Below are positions 25,529 through 38,535 of a DNA stretch of 64,000 bases, piece after piece. Source of the stretch: Mobula hypostoma. Its lineage: Eukaryota. The position numbers and the translations under genes were made by a program. The notes below the pieces were generated by a model that did no database searches, had not been told where the DNA came from, and saw only the letters and a program-made list of their open reading frames with translations. Position 1 is the stretch's first letter. Each line of letters begins with the position of its first letter. The stretch is from positions 228,224,001 to 228,288,000 of the forward strand of contig NC_086097.1 in the NCBI RefSeq assembly GCF_963921235.1, read 5' to 3'.

Positions 25529-26828
25529 TACCAATAGTCATTTCCTGTAGTAGTACACCGCTGGAAGCCTAAACTTTCATGCTGAAATGTCTGGAACAAG
25601 AATTGAACCTGGAACTTGGGGTACTGTCATAAAACCTGTGGTGGGTGAGAACTACAGGTGTCTTTCACCCAGTGGAAAGTTTTCCTTCTGATTTTCATTG
25701 GCGTCATGTTATCAGAGCTCTTTAATAATAATGAAATACTTGCACCTCAGCTCTGGAGCTATACGGTTTATTTTTTCGGTTCTTGGTCCAAGTCTGCAGT
25801 GAGACTTAAGGCAAGGCATTGTTAGTGGAATCAAACAGCAGATGTATAAGCAGATTAATCAACAACATCTGGCAGCATTTGTAGGCTGTTAACTGGATTG
25901 GATTTTTTAGTCTGTCATAAGTAGGGGAAAATGTTGTAATCAGTTATTCACTTAAAGAATAATAAATGGGTGGAATTAACATTTACTTATAGAAAGGAAA
26001 TTGTTTCACAAATCTTGGATTTTATTTGAGGTGATAACCATCAAAGAAGAACGGTGAATGGTATATTTTAACTTTCAGCAGGACTTTTTATAAAGTCTCA
26101 CAGAGGAAACAACAGATATTAGGGACAGTATAGTAGCGTGAGTGACAGCTGGCTAAAAGACAGAAAACGGAGATTTGGGCTGCATGAGTGATCCAGCTAC
26201 AGGGCTGTAGCTGCTTGCAGGCTGTATCAGTAATTTGGATGAAGGGAGCATGTATTATATGCAAGCTTACTGGTGACAGTGCAGATTGTGAGGAGAATGC
26301 AAAGGTTTCAAGAGATCGTGAGCTGGCATGGTGAATGGCAGGAGACATGTTAGACTGAAAATAATGTGAAAAGTTTGATGTCATACACTGTGATATGATA
26401 GAAATTAAGCCAAAAGATGAAAATGTATTGATGTTCTGAGAAACCTATGTCTCCTTCCACACAAATTGCTGAAATTTAATAAGTTGGTTCAGGAAGAAAT
26501 TAGGAAGATAAATGGCATGGTGGCCTTTATTGCAAGAGAATTTGAGGAGACTCCAGGGGACTGTAGGGTTAATGGCTACCCACTGTTACAAAATTCATAC
26601 ATCATTACCCAAAAATCTGAAATTTGGAATAAAACTCACTCTATCTTGGGAAATAAAATTAAGACCATAAGACACAGCAGCAGAAATAGGCAATTTGGCC
26701 TATCAAGTCTACTCCACCGTTTCACCATGGCTCATTTATTATACCTCTCAATACCATTCTCTTGCCTTCTCCCCATAGCTGTTGATGTTCTGACTAATGA
26801 AGAAACTATCCTCTGCTTTAAGTAAACT

Positions 26829-27850
26829 TCATAGAAACATAGAAAATAGGTGCAGGAGTAGGCCATTCGGCCCTTCAAGCCTGCATCGCCATTCAGTATG
26901 ATCATGGCTGATCATCCAACTCAGAACCCTGTACCTGCCTTCTCTCCATACCCCCTGATCCCTTTAGCCGCAAGGGCCATATCTAACTCCCTCTTAAATA
27001 TAGCCAATGAACTGGCCTGTTTCCTGTGGCAGAGAATTCCACAGATTCACCACTCTGTGTGAAGAAGTTTTTCCTCATCTCAGTCCTAAAAGGCTTCCCC
27101 TTTATCCTTAAACTGTGACCCCTCATTTTGGACTTCCCCAACATTGGGAACAATCTTCCTGCATCTAGCCTGTCCAATCCCTTTAGAATTTTATACGTTT
27201 CAATAAGATCCCCCCTCGATCTTCTAAATTCCAGCAAGTATAAGCCTAGTCGATCCAGTCTTTCTTCATATGAAAGTCCTGCCATCCCAGGAATCAATCT
27301 GGTGAACCTTCTTTGTACTCCCTCTATGGCAAGGATGTCTTTCCTCAGATTAGGGGACCAAAACTGCACACAATACTCCAGGTGTGGTCTCACCAAGGCC
27401 TTGTACAACTGCAGTAGTACCTCCCTGCTCCTGTACTCGAATCCTCTTGCTATGGCAGCATACCATTCACCTTTTTCACCACCTGATGTACCTGCATGCC
27501 CACTTACAATGACTGGTGTACAATGACATCCAGGTCTCGTTGCACGTCCCATTTTCCTAATGGGCCACCATTCAGATAATAATCTGTTTTCCTGTTCTTG
27601 CTACGAAAGTGGATAATCTCACATTTATCCACATTAAATTGCATCTGCCATGAATTTGCCCACTCACCGAACCTATCCAAGTCACCCTGCATCCTCTTAG
27701 CATCCTCCTCACAGCTAACACTGCCGTCCAGCTTCGTGTCATCTGCAAACTTGGAGGTGCTGCATTTAATTCCCTCGTCTAAGTCATTAGTATATATTGT
27801 AAACAACTGGGGTCCCAGCACTGAGCCTTGCAGTACCTCACTAGTCACAA
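26829..27850 (-). mobile_element. Young-family CR1 3' portion
   Basis: RT ORFs 27504-27869 and 26983-27552, with a catagaaa tail. Confidence 0.9.
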
Positions 27851-29112
27851 CCTGGCCTGGCCTCCACAACCATTCGTGGTAATGAATACCACAGATTCAC
27901 TATCCTCTGTCTAAAGAAATTTCTACTCGTCTCTATTCTGGAGCTTTGCCCTCTGGTCCTAGGCGCTCCAACTTTTGGCAACATCCTCTCCACATCCACT
28001 TTATCTAGGCATTTCAATATTCAATAAGTTTCTTTCTTTTTCAATATTTTTATTAATTACTTACATAAACAAATACAAAATACATTAAGATATTATGGAA
28101 ACAGAAACAAGATTGAAATGCCCCATTAACTATGTATAGTAAATTACCTATAATATTGAAAAGGTATATTTTATTCTACTCTAAAGCAAAATCAAAACCC
28201 CATAACAAAACAAAAAAAAAGAGAAAAGACACAACAGCTGTTTGGTTAAAAGAAAAGAAAAAAGTATCTCTGACATATAGTTGTAAATTCAAACATATAA
28301 TAGCCATCATCTTTGCTGACCAAATCAAAAATTGTGAAAGTAGTTCCAAAAAGGTCCCCGTAACATGAAAATATCTTGTCTAGGTATAGAAATAGAACAC
28401 CTAATCTACTCTAGATTTAAACATGACATAACATCAATGAACCAATGGGCATGAGTAGGTGGAGCAGTTCTTTCCATTTAAGCAATGAAAGTCTTCCGGC
28501 TAAAAGAGAAATAAAAGCCAAAGTATGCCATCATTCGGCTTAAGAGTAAAATCATTTCCTCCAACAATGCCAAACAAGGCAGTCAGGGGGTTGAGTTTAA
28601 AGTTTACTTTAAAAAGCTCCGAGGAAGTTTGAAATACCTCTTTCCAAAATTTATCAAGCCATGGGCAGGACCAGAACATACGAATTAGGAGAGGCCTCTT
28701 CGACATTACACCTATTACAGTATGGAGAAAAATCTGAGTAAAAATGAGAGAGCTTAACTTTAGTCATATAGGCTCTATGAACCACTTTAAATTGTAAAAG
28801 AGTGTGACGTGCACATAACGAAGAGGTGTGAACGAGTTTAAAAATTCCATTCCAAGTATCCTCATCAATTGAAATCTGTAGGTCCTGTTCCCAGAGGTTT
28901 TTAATTTTGTCTAATGGAATGTTTCTCATTGCCAACGACATACTATAAATATTAGAAATAGATCCATTATGAAAAGGTTTCAAAGTAAAAATTGTATCAA
29001 ATAAATTTTTATCTGGACATTTAGGAAATGTATGAAGTTGAGAACACAAGTCTCTAATTTGTAAATATCTAAAAAAGTGAGCTTTATGAAGATTATATTT
29101 AATAGATAGTTG

Positions 29113-29325
29113 TAGCCAGTAGTCATTTGCACAGCATTTAGCTGTTTCCTGGGCCTTGCTTCTTGCTGTCCTTAGGGCTTGCAGTGTCGCCTGGGTGGAG
29201 TGGCGTTTGTGCTCTAGTAGTGCAATACGCTTTACCTCGATGACAGCAGTGAGCTCGCTTCAAACCAGTCCTGTGTCTTGCCCCGTTTCTTCCCAAAGAC
29301 CTTGAGTACAGTGCTGTGGATAGTG
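29113..29325 (-). mobile_element. Internal RTE ORF fragment with 8-bp TSD
   Basis: TIHSTVLKVFGKKRGKTQDWFEAS / VIEVKRIALLEHK..QATLQALRTARSKAQETAKCCANDYWL. TSD gatagttg (29105-29112 / 29326-29333). Confidence 0.75.
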
Positions 29326-29545
29326 GATAGTTGATCAAATGAGGAAAGACTATCTCCAACAAACCAATCACATTTAGTACCTAGTCTATTCCACTCTTTA
29401 AAAACTACATCGGTCAAAGAAGGTTTTAAAAAAATTGGGAAAAAAGGAACTAGAGAATGAAAAACCAAATAACCCAAAGAATTTTCTAAATTGTAACCAA
29501 ATCCTCAAAGAATGTTTAACTACGTAATTATCAGTTAAATTACTT

Positions 29546-32400
29546 TGTCGTGTACCCCTAGTGTTCCTTTTTACTGTGGACTGTCACTCTAAGGCACAAG
29601 AGAGAACTGAGACTAACTTTTTGATTTCTGCTGAGAGAGAGAGGGGCAGAGTCTGCCCTTCAGCTCATGTTATGGTTTCTCTGCAGCGTGTTTACTTTTT
29701 ACAAGGACAGTTACAGACACAGAGAAACACATGCTCAGAGTCAAGATGAATTCAATCAATGAAAGACACCAGTGAGTAAGGTCCTGGTTTAAACTTTCAG
29801 TAGCCCAAAAGGATCGATCCTGAGTATTGATAAATGACTCTCACAAGTTTTCTGCTACTAGAAGAAGTTTGCAGAGAGGAGAGGAAGGTTTGAAATAGAA
29901 GAAATCTAGTGACAAAGAGGTCACTATTTGGACTCTCTCCTAAGTAGCCTGTAAGGGTGAGTTTGAGTTCCATTCAATTACAAAAGTGTGGCTGTCACGT
30001 AGTTCAGGGGTCCCCAACCTTTATTGCACTGCGGACCGGCCGACCGTGGGGTGGGGGGGGGGGGAGATGGTTGCCAACGGACAAGAGTACAGTAGCAGTC
30101 AAATACGTTGTGTTTACTCTGAAAAGACTACAACGACCATGAAGCCTTGCGCGGGCACCAGTGCGCATGTGTGGCTTGCGTATGCGTACACGTGCCTTTT
30201 TTTGCTACAAATCGTTTTTGGCCATTCTGTTCAGAGGAAGGGGTTAATCACGACCAAAATATCGGTGACAAGTGGCTAATACACTCAATTTTGTTTCTAA
30301 AAGGGTTTATCTAACGAATTTAATATTAAACACACAGCGCAAATTTTCCTCGCATGAATATAGCGGTAAGTCAATTATCAGGGGAGGACAGGGGAGCTTG
30401 AAATAAGTGTTGAACGAACTTCCAGTAGAAGTGGCAGAAGCAGGTTCGATATTATCATTTAAAGCTAAATTGGATAGGTATATGGACAGGAAAGGAATGG
30501 GGGGTTATGGGGTGAGTGCAGGTCGGTGGGACTTGGTGAGAGTAGTGTTCGGCACAGACTAGAATGGCAGAGATGGCCTGTTTCCGCGCTGTGATTGTTA
30601 TATGGTTATATAAGTAAGTCAATAGCATCATAACATTTTAAGTAACGTTTGGATATTAAACACACAGCGCATATTTTCCCCGTATGAACATGTAAAATTA
30701 TTGCAACGCACCAATATCGCTGAATCAGTGGGAGCCCTGGGCTTGTTTTCCTGCAACAACACGGTCCCATCGAGGGGTGACGAGAGACAGCGATACTCAA
30801 ATGGGTTCCTTATATCCAGTCTATTCCGCAATTTAGTTTTTGTTACATTCATCGCAGAGATATGTTGGAAATGGAGGCAACGTTTTCAGTGCTTCCATGG
30901 CTATCTCAGTATATTCACCCTTGACTTTGATCCAGAATGCCGACAGAGATGTTATGTCAAACATAATTTTCAGCCGGCCGTCATTTACAAACTCGAGGAG
31001 TTGATCTCCTTCCCACGCTGACATGGACGACGCGCGGGTAATGACCTCGCGTGCGTTCAAGCTCACTAGTGCGCATGACAGGGAATGAGGAAAGGTGCAG
31101 CTGACTTATATCGCCAAATCATATCGTTTCCTCGCGGCCCGGTGGTTGGGGACCGCTGACGTAGTTAATCCACCCGAGTGGGTTCTCTGGTGAGGGGAGT
31201 ACCTTTGTGAATACCACTTGTGTGTTACCCTTGTTTGGGTGTGGTAGTTCACTGAAGAAAGGCACCCCTGTGGCAAATCACTGTTGGAGTTATTTTGTAT
31301 GTCGTGGAACTGGATAAGTGGTTAACACGTTGTGTGTTTGGGGTAACCTTGTGGAATCTACCGGCGTGTCAACCCTTGCCTGGGTAGTGGTTCCCTTGAA
31401 GAGGGTCCCCTTTGTGATAAGCTACTGTTGGTGATAATCCATACGTGGATTTTGTTTGAGTATCCTGTGGCCACCACTTTGGGATGACCCGTAGCTGAAT
31501 TCGGGTATGGTACCACTTGTGTTGAAAGAATATTCATTGAAGATCACTGTCGGTGATATTTCGTGTGTGGAGTGGAACAACTTCAGAGATAAAACTTACT
31601 ACTATTGTTATGTTGTATTGCTGTCGTGGAATCTGTGGAATATCGATGTAATTGCCTTCTCACAACATTCGCCTTTGGATTACAAACATCTCGCATTCAT
31701 TAACCTGTGCATCTGAACTGAACTTTTCTTACCTACCATTCTAAGACTATATTAATTACTACCTAAGCTTGAAGAAGTTCGGCTTTTATATTTACACACC
31801 TGTATATGCATGAACTTTGCTAACCTGTTTGATTTATCTGATTTTATATTACTGTATTGCGTAGTTACTAATAAAATAGCCTTAGTTAACAGCAATACCA
31901 GACTAAAGGTGTGTTCCATTTCTGCTGGTTCTTTAACCCTTTACGGGGTATGTAACAAAATTGGAGGCACCACTGAGATCTCCTGTTTACCAGCTGGTTT
32001 CTTTAATCCGTCCCGGGTCCCTAACAAAATTGGGGGCTTGCGTCTGGGATTTGAACAAATTGTTTGGGGGCTTAATTGAATTGATTGGGGAAAATCCCTT
32101 TTGATTTGGTTGTGTGGAAAAACAGCAGAAATGGATGTTGATAAATTTCTGGAAGCGCCAAGCTCTGAGGCATTAGAGGACGCCAGAAGGTTTGAGTTGT
32201 TGAGTATTGCACAACAGTGGAAACTTACTAAGGTGAAATTGGCAATGAGGGGGTCACAGATGCAGAGAAACCATAACATGAGCTGAAAGGCAGACTCCGC
32301 CCCTCTCGCTCTCAGCAGAAATCAAAAAGTTAATCTCAGTTCTCTCTTGTGCCTTAAAGTGACAGTCCACAGCAAAAAGAAACCCTAGGGGTACATAACA
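29546..32400 (+). mobile_element. Aberrant LTR-retrotransposon unit: LTR, two PBS modules, gag start, inverted U3 end
   Basis: LTR 29546-31957 (TG...CA, aataaa at about 31870). PBS at 31962 and 32031. gag ATG at 32131. 32261-32400 is the reverse complement of 29546-29685. TSD actt on both sides. Confidence 0.8.
30005..31158 (-). mobile_element. Non-autonomous hAT (Charlie/Buster-like) DNA transposon
   Basis: 15-bp TIRs caggggtccccaacc / ggttggggaccgctg and 8-bp TSD acgtagtt. Dimerisation-domain remnant SLSAFWIKVKGEY.EIA..ALKTL.PFPTYLC...TKTKLRNRLDI. Contains a CR1 3' end at about 30400-30610. Confidence 0.9.
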
Positions 32401-32864
32401 ACTTAAAGATAGAGAAATTGAAGAACCAAGAAGAGAAATAATAGAAAATTTATTAACAGAATTAACTTCTGAAGAAACCCAAGCCGGACAGTCTTCACAA
32501 TTAATGTAGTATAGCCAAAACATAAGTTAGCGTATGTTGACTGCCCAGTAGTAAAACCTAAAATTGGGTAGAGCTAATCCCCCTTTTTTTTTAGTTTTCT
32601 GAAGATGAACTTTGTTTAATCAGGGGGTTTTATTCTTCCATAAGTAAGACGATATAATTGAATCTAAAGAGTCAAAAAAGGATTTAGAAGTAAAAACAAG
32701 TAGAGCTTGAAATAAGTATAAAATTTTTGGCAAAATATTCATTTTAATAGAATTAATATGTCCAATCAGCGATAAACAAAGGGGAGACCAATTTGATAGT
32801 ACCTTCTTAACATATTCCAAAAGAGTGATAAAGTTTTCTTTAAAAAGAAATTTATAATTCCTAG

Positions 32865-33613
32865 CAACACACATAAAAGTTGCTGGTGAATGCAGCAGGC
32901 CAGGCAGCATCTCTAGGAAGAGGTGCAGTCGACGTTTCAGGCCGAGACCCTTTGTCAGGACTAACTGAAGGAAGAGTGAGTAAGGGATTTAAAAGTTGGA
33001 GGGGGAGGGGGAGATCCAAAATGATAGGAGAAGACAGGAGGGGGAGGGATGGAGCCAAGAGCTGGACAGGTGATAGGCAAAAGGGATATGAGAGGATCAT
33101 GGGACAGGAGGTCCGGGAAGAAAGACGGGGGGGGGGGGGTTGGGTGGAGAACCCAGACGATGGGCAAGGGGTATATTCAGAGGGACAGAGGGAGAAAAAG
33201 GAGAGTGAGAGAAAGAATGTGTGTATAAAAATAAGTAACAGATGTGGTACGCGGGGGAGGTGGGGCATCAGCGGAAGTTAGAGAAGTCAATGTTCATGCC
33301 ATCAGGTTGGAGGCTACCCAGACGGAATATAAGGTGTTGTGCCTCCAACCTGAGTGTGGCTTCATCTTTACAGTAGAGGAAGCCGTGGATAGACATGTCA
33401 GAATGGGAATGGGATGTGGAATTAAAATGTGTGGCCACTGGGAGATCCTGCTTTCTCTGGCGGACGGAGCGTAGATGTTCAGCAAAGCGGTCTCCCAGTC
33501 TGCGTCGGGTCTCGCCAATATATAAAAGGCCACATTGGGAGGACCGGACGCAGTATATCACCCCAGTCGACTCACAGGTAAAGTGTTGCCTCACCTGGAA
33601 GGACTGTTTGGGG
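32865..33613 (-). mobile_element. Penelope-like element 3' part (GIY-YIG endonuclease)
   Basis: FTCESTGVIYCVRSSQCGLLYIGETRRRLGDRFAEH. 14-bp TSD tttataattcctag (32851-32864 / 33614-33627). Confidence 0.9.
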
Positions 33614-35040
33614 TTTATAATTCCTAGTAATTGTTATACCCAAACAATTGGGCATGACAATATTCGATAAGTTTCAATGAGATCCCCACTCATTTTTCTA
33701 AATTCCAGTGAGCGTAGGACCAGAACGATCAAACTCTCCTCATATGTTAACCCTTTCATTCCCAGAATAATTCTTGTGAAGCTCCTTTGGACCCTCTATA
33801 ATGCCAGCACATCTTTTCTTAGATAAGGGGCCCAAAACTGCTCACAGTACTCCGAGTGGTCTGACCAATGTCTTTTAAAGCCTCAACATTACATCCTTGC
33901 TCTTATATTCTCATCCTTGTAAAATTAATGCTGATTTTGCATTTGCCTTCCTCACCACCGACCCACCTTGTAAGTTAACCTTTGGGGAATTCACAAGGGC
34001 TCCCAATTCCCTCGCACCTCTGATTTTTGAATTTTCTTCCAGTTTAGAACATAGTCCACGCTTTTATTCCTTCTGCCAGAGTGCATGACCATACACTTCC
34101 TTGCACTATATTCCATCTGCCATTCTCCCAATCTAAGTCCTTTTGCAGACTCCTTTCTTCCTCAACACTACCTGCCCCTCCACCTACCTTCGTATTATCA
34201 GCAAACTTGGCCACAAAGCCATCAATTCTGTCATCCATGTTATTGACATATAACGTGGAAAGAAGTGGTCCCAATACCAACCTCTGTGGAACTTCCAATC
34301 ACTGGCAGCCACCCAGAAAAGACCCTTTTATTCCACTCTTTGCCTCCTGCCAGTCAGCCAATCTGCAATCCATGCTAGTATCTTTCCTCAAAGAATTCCA
34401 ACAGATTTCTCAGGCAAGATTTCCCCATGCTGACTTTGGCTTATTTTATCATGTGCCTTTAAGTATCCTAAAACCTCATCTGACATCAGGCCAAACGGCC
34501 TATAATTTCCCTTCTTATGCTTCCCTCCCTTAAAGAGTGGAGTGACATTTGCAATTTTCTAGTCTTCTGGAATCGTTCCAGAAACTGGTGATTCTTGAAA
34601 GATCATTACTAATGCCTCCACAATCTCTTCAGCTACATCTTTCAAAACCTTGGTGTGTTACTTTATCTACCTTCAAATCTTTCAGCTTCCCAAGCACCAC
34701 CTCCTTAGTAATAGCAATTGTACTCACTTCTACCCCTTGACACACTTAAATTGCTGGGAAAGATCAAAGACTGATGCAAAATACTTATTAAGTTCATGTG
34801 CCATTTCTTTGTCCCCCATTATTATCTCTCCAGCATAGTTTTCCAATGGTCTGATATCACTTCTTACCTCTCTTTTACTTTTTGTATATCTGAAAAAACT
34901 TTTTGTATCCTCTTTGATATTATTGGCTGACTTACTTTCATATTTTATCTTTTCTCTCCTTGTGACTTTTTCTCATTGCCTTTGGTTGGTTTTTAAAAGC
35001 TTCTCAATCCTCTAGCTTCCCATTAATTGTTGATATATTA

Positions 35041-37783
35041 AAGAGTATCATAAACAAGGCGGATGAACTTAGAGCATGGACCAATATGTGAAACTATGAC
35101 ATTGAGGCCATTACAGAGACTTGGATGTCTCAGGAGCAGGAATGGCTGCTGACTGTGCCAGGCTTTAGATGTTTCAAACAGAACAGAGAGGGAGGCAAAA
35201 GAGATGGGGGTGTGGCATTGCTAATTAGGGATAGTGTCACGGCTGCAGAAAAGGAGGAAGTCATGGGGGGATGGTCTGCTGAGCCAGTGTGGGTGGAAGT
35301 CAGAGACAGGAAAGGGACAATCACTCTGGGTATTTTTTATAGACCCCCCCCCCCAGTAGTAACAGGGACATTGAGGAGCAGATAGGGAGGCAGATTCTGA
35401 AATGGTGCAATAATAATAGGGTTGTTATGATGGGAGATTTTAACTTTCCTAATATTGACTGGCAACTCCTTAGCGCAAGGGTTTTAGATGGGATGGAGTT
35501 TGTTAGGTGTGTTCAGGAAGGTTTCCTGACGCAATATGTAGATAAGCTAACTAGAGGAGAGACTGTACTTGATCTGGTGTTGGGAAATGAACCTGGTCAG
35601 GTGTCAGATCTCTCAGTGGGAGAGCATTTTCGAGGTAGTGACTACAACTCTATCTCCTTCACCATGATGCTGGAGAGGGATAGAAGCAGACAATTCGGGA
35701 AAACATTGAATTGGGGTAGAGGGAAATATGATGCTATTAGGCAGGAACTTGGGAGCAGATGTTCTCAGGGAAATGCACGGCAGAAATGTGGCAAATGTTC
35801 AGGATAGTTATGTTCTGGTGAGGCAGGGAAAGAATGGTAGGGTTAAAGAACCACAGTGTACAAAGGATGTAGAAGATCTCTTTAAGAAGAAAAGAAAAGC
35901 TTATGAAAGGTTCAATAAACTAGGTACGGTTAGAGCTCTAGAAAACTACAAGGTTGCTAGGAAGGAGCTTAAGAATGGAATTAGGAGAGCCAGAAGGGGC
36001 CATGAGAAGGCCTTGGCGGGCAGGATTAAGGAAAACCCCAAGGCATTCTACAAGTATGTGAAAAGCAAGAGAATGAGTAGTGTGAGAATAGGACCAATCA
36101 GGTGCGATAGTGGAAACGTGCATGGATTTGGAGGTGGTAGCGGAGGTACTTAATGAATACTTTGCTTCAGTATTCACCAGGGAAAAAGACCTTGGCAATT
36201 GTGGGGATGACTTGCAGAGGACTGAAATGCTTGAGCATATAGACGTTAAGAAAGAGGATGTGTTGGAGCTTTTGAAAAGCATTAAGTTAGATAAGTCACC
36301 AAGACTGGATGAGATATACCCCAGGCTACTTTGGGAAGTGAGGGTAGAGATTACTGAGCCTCTTGCGATGATCTTTGCATCATCAATAAGGGTGGGAGAA
36401 GTGCCCGGAGGATTGGAGGGTTGCCAATGTTGTTCCCTTGTTCAAGAAAGGGAGTAGAGATAACCCAGGAAATTATAGACCAGTGAGTCTGACTTCAGTG
36501 GTGGGCAAATTGTTGGAGAAGATCCTGAGAGGCAGAATTTATGAACATTTATAGAGACAAAATCTGATTAGGGATAGTCGGCATGGCTTTGCCAAGGGCA
36601 GATCATGCCTTACGAACCTGACTGAGTTCTTTTGAGGATGTAACAAAATATATTGATGAAGGTAGAGCAGTGGAAGTAGTATATGTGGATTTCAGTAAAG
36701 CATTTGATAAGATTCCCCATGCAAGGCTCCTTCAGAAAGTAATGAGGCACGGGATCCAAAGAGACCTTGCTTTGTGGATCCAGAATTGGCTTGCCCACAG
36801 AAGGCAAAGGGTGGTTGTAGATGGTTCATATTCTGCATGGAGGTCGGTGACCAATGGTGTTCCGCAGGGATCTGTTCTGGGACCCCTGCTCTTTGTGATT
36901 TTTATAAATGACCTGGATGAAGAAGTAGAAGGGTGAGTTAGTAAGTTTGTTGATGACACAAACTTGTGGGTGTTGTGGATAGTCTGGAGGGTTATCAGAA
37001 GTTACAGCAGGACATCGATAGGATGCAGAACTGAGCTAAGAAGTGGCAGAGGGACTTCAACCCAGAAAAGTGTGAAGTGGTTCATTTTGGTATGTCAAGT
37101 TTGAAGACAGAATATAATATTAATGGTAAGACTCTTGGCAGTGTGGAGGATCTGAGAGATCTTGGGGTCCCTGTCCATATTGGGGTGTTGGCGTTCATCA
37201 ACCATGGGATTGAGTCCAAGAGCTGTGAGGTAATGTTACAGCTATATAAGGCCTTAGTCAGACCCCACGTGGAGTACTATGTTCAGTTCTGGTCACCTCA
37301 CTACAGGAAGTATGTGGAGAGTGCAAAGGAGTGCCAAGAATATTGCTTGGATTGGGGGGTGGAATTTATGAGAATAGGTTGAGTAAACTTGGCCTTTTCT
37401 CCTCGGAGTGACAGAGGATGAGCAGTAACCTGATAGAGGTGTATAAGATGAGGGGCATTGATTGCATTGATAGCCAGAGGCTTTTTCCCAGGGCCGAAAT
37501 GGCTAACATGAGGGGGCATAGTTTTAAGGTACTTGAAAATGGGTACCGAGGGGATGTCATGGGTAGCTTTTCACACAGAGAGCGGTGGGTGCGTGGAATG
37601 CACTGCTGGCAGCAGCAGTGAAAGCAGATACAGCAGGTCTTTCAAGAGCCTCTTACATAGAGCTTAGAAAAATAGAGGGCTATGTGCTAGGGAAATTCTA
37701 GGTAGTTTCTTGAGTAAGGTGCATGGTCAGCACAACATTGTGGGCCAAAGGGCCTGTAATGTGCTGTAGATTTCTATGTTCCA
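35041..37783 (+). mobile_element. CR1 LINE, nearly complete ORF2 region, frameshifted
   Basis: From SIINKADELRAW (APE) through [19 protein letters not shown] and [10 protein letters not shown] to a tttctatg tail. Confidence 0.9.
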
Positions 37784-38064
37784 TGCCTTCTTTTCATTTT
37801 GTGCTGTGTTTGACTTCCCTGTCAGCCACAGTTGTGAATACTTTAGAATATTCCCTTTAGAGTACTAGTTTTTTAGGATGTATCTATCCTGCACCTTCCA
37901 AATTGCCCCAGAAACTCCAGTTGTTGCTTTTCTGATGTCATTACTGCTTGTGTCCCCTTCCAATAAACTTCAGCCAGCTCCTCTCTCATGCCTCTGTAAT
38001 CCCCTTTACTGCACTGTAATATTGATACGGATTCTCCCTCTCAAATTGCAAAGTAAGTTCTAAC

Positions 38065-38535
38065 ATCACATACAAAATGCTGGAGGAACTCAGCATGCCA
38101 GGCAGCATCTATGGAAAAGAGTACAGTTGACACTTTAGACAGAAACCCTTCGGCAGCACTGGAGAAATAAAGTTGAGTAGATTTAAAAGGTGAGGGGAGG
38201 GGAGAGAGAAACACAAGGTGAAAGGCCTTCTATCCTCTTCTTTCAGACCCCCCACTACTTCTCCAGTCCTGTATCTCTTTCACCAATCAACTTCCCATCT
38301 CTTTACTTCATCCCTCCCCTTCAGGTTTCACTTCTCACCTTGTGTTTCTCTCTCTCCCCCACCCCCCACCTTTTAAATCTGTTCCTTAGCGTTTTTTTTT
38401 CCCTCCAGTCCTGCCGAAAGGTCTCAGCCCAAAACGTCAAATGTATTCTTTTCCATGGATGCTGTCTGGCCTGCTTGGTTCCTCCAGCATTTTGTGTGTG
38501 TTTGGATTTCCAGCACCTGCAGATTCTTCTCTTGT
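38065..38535. mobile_element. Penelope-terminus-derived element with inverted ends
   Basis: acaaaatgctggaggaactcagc...ggggagggggagagagaaacacaaggtga is mirrored at 38335-38500. Flanked by TSD-like gtaagttcta. Confidence 0.6.

Larger units (their letters stand above)
28033..33657 (-). mobile_element. 5'-truncated L1/Tx1-clade LINE hosting nested elements
   Basis: ORF2 C-terminal region (SSLCARHTLLQFKVVHRAY...CNRC...MFWSCP) and T-rich tail at 28033. TSD-like caatattc(a/g)ataagtttc at about 28015-28032 and 33658-33675. The frame rejoins across each insert. Confidence 0.85.
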
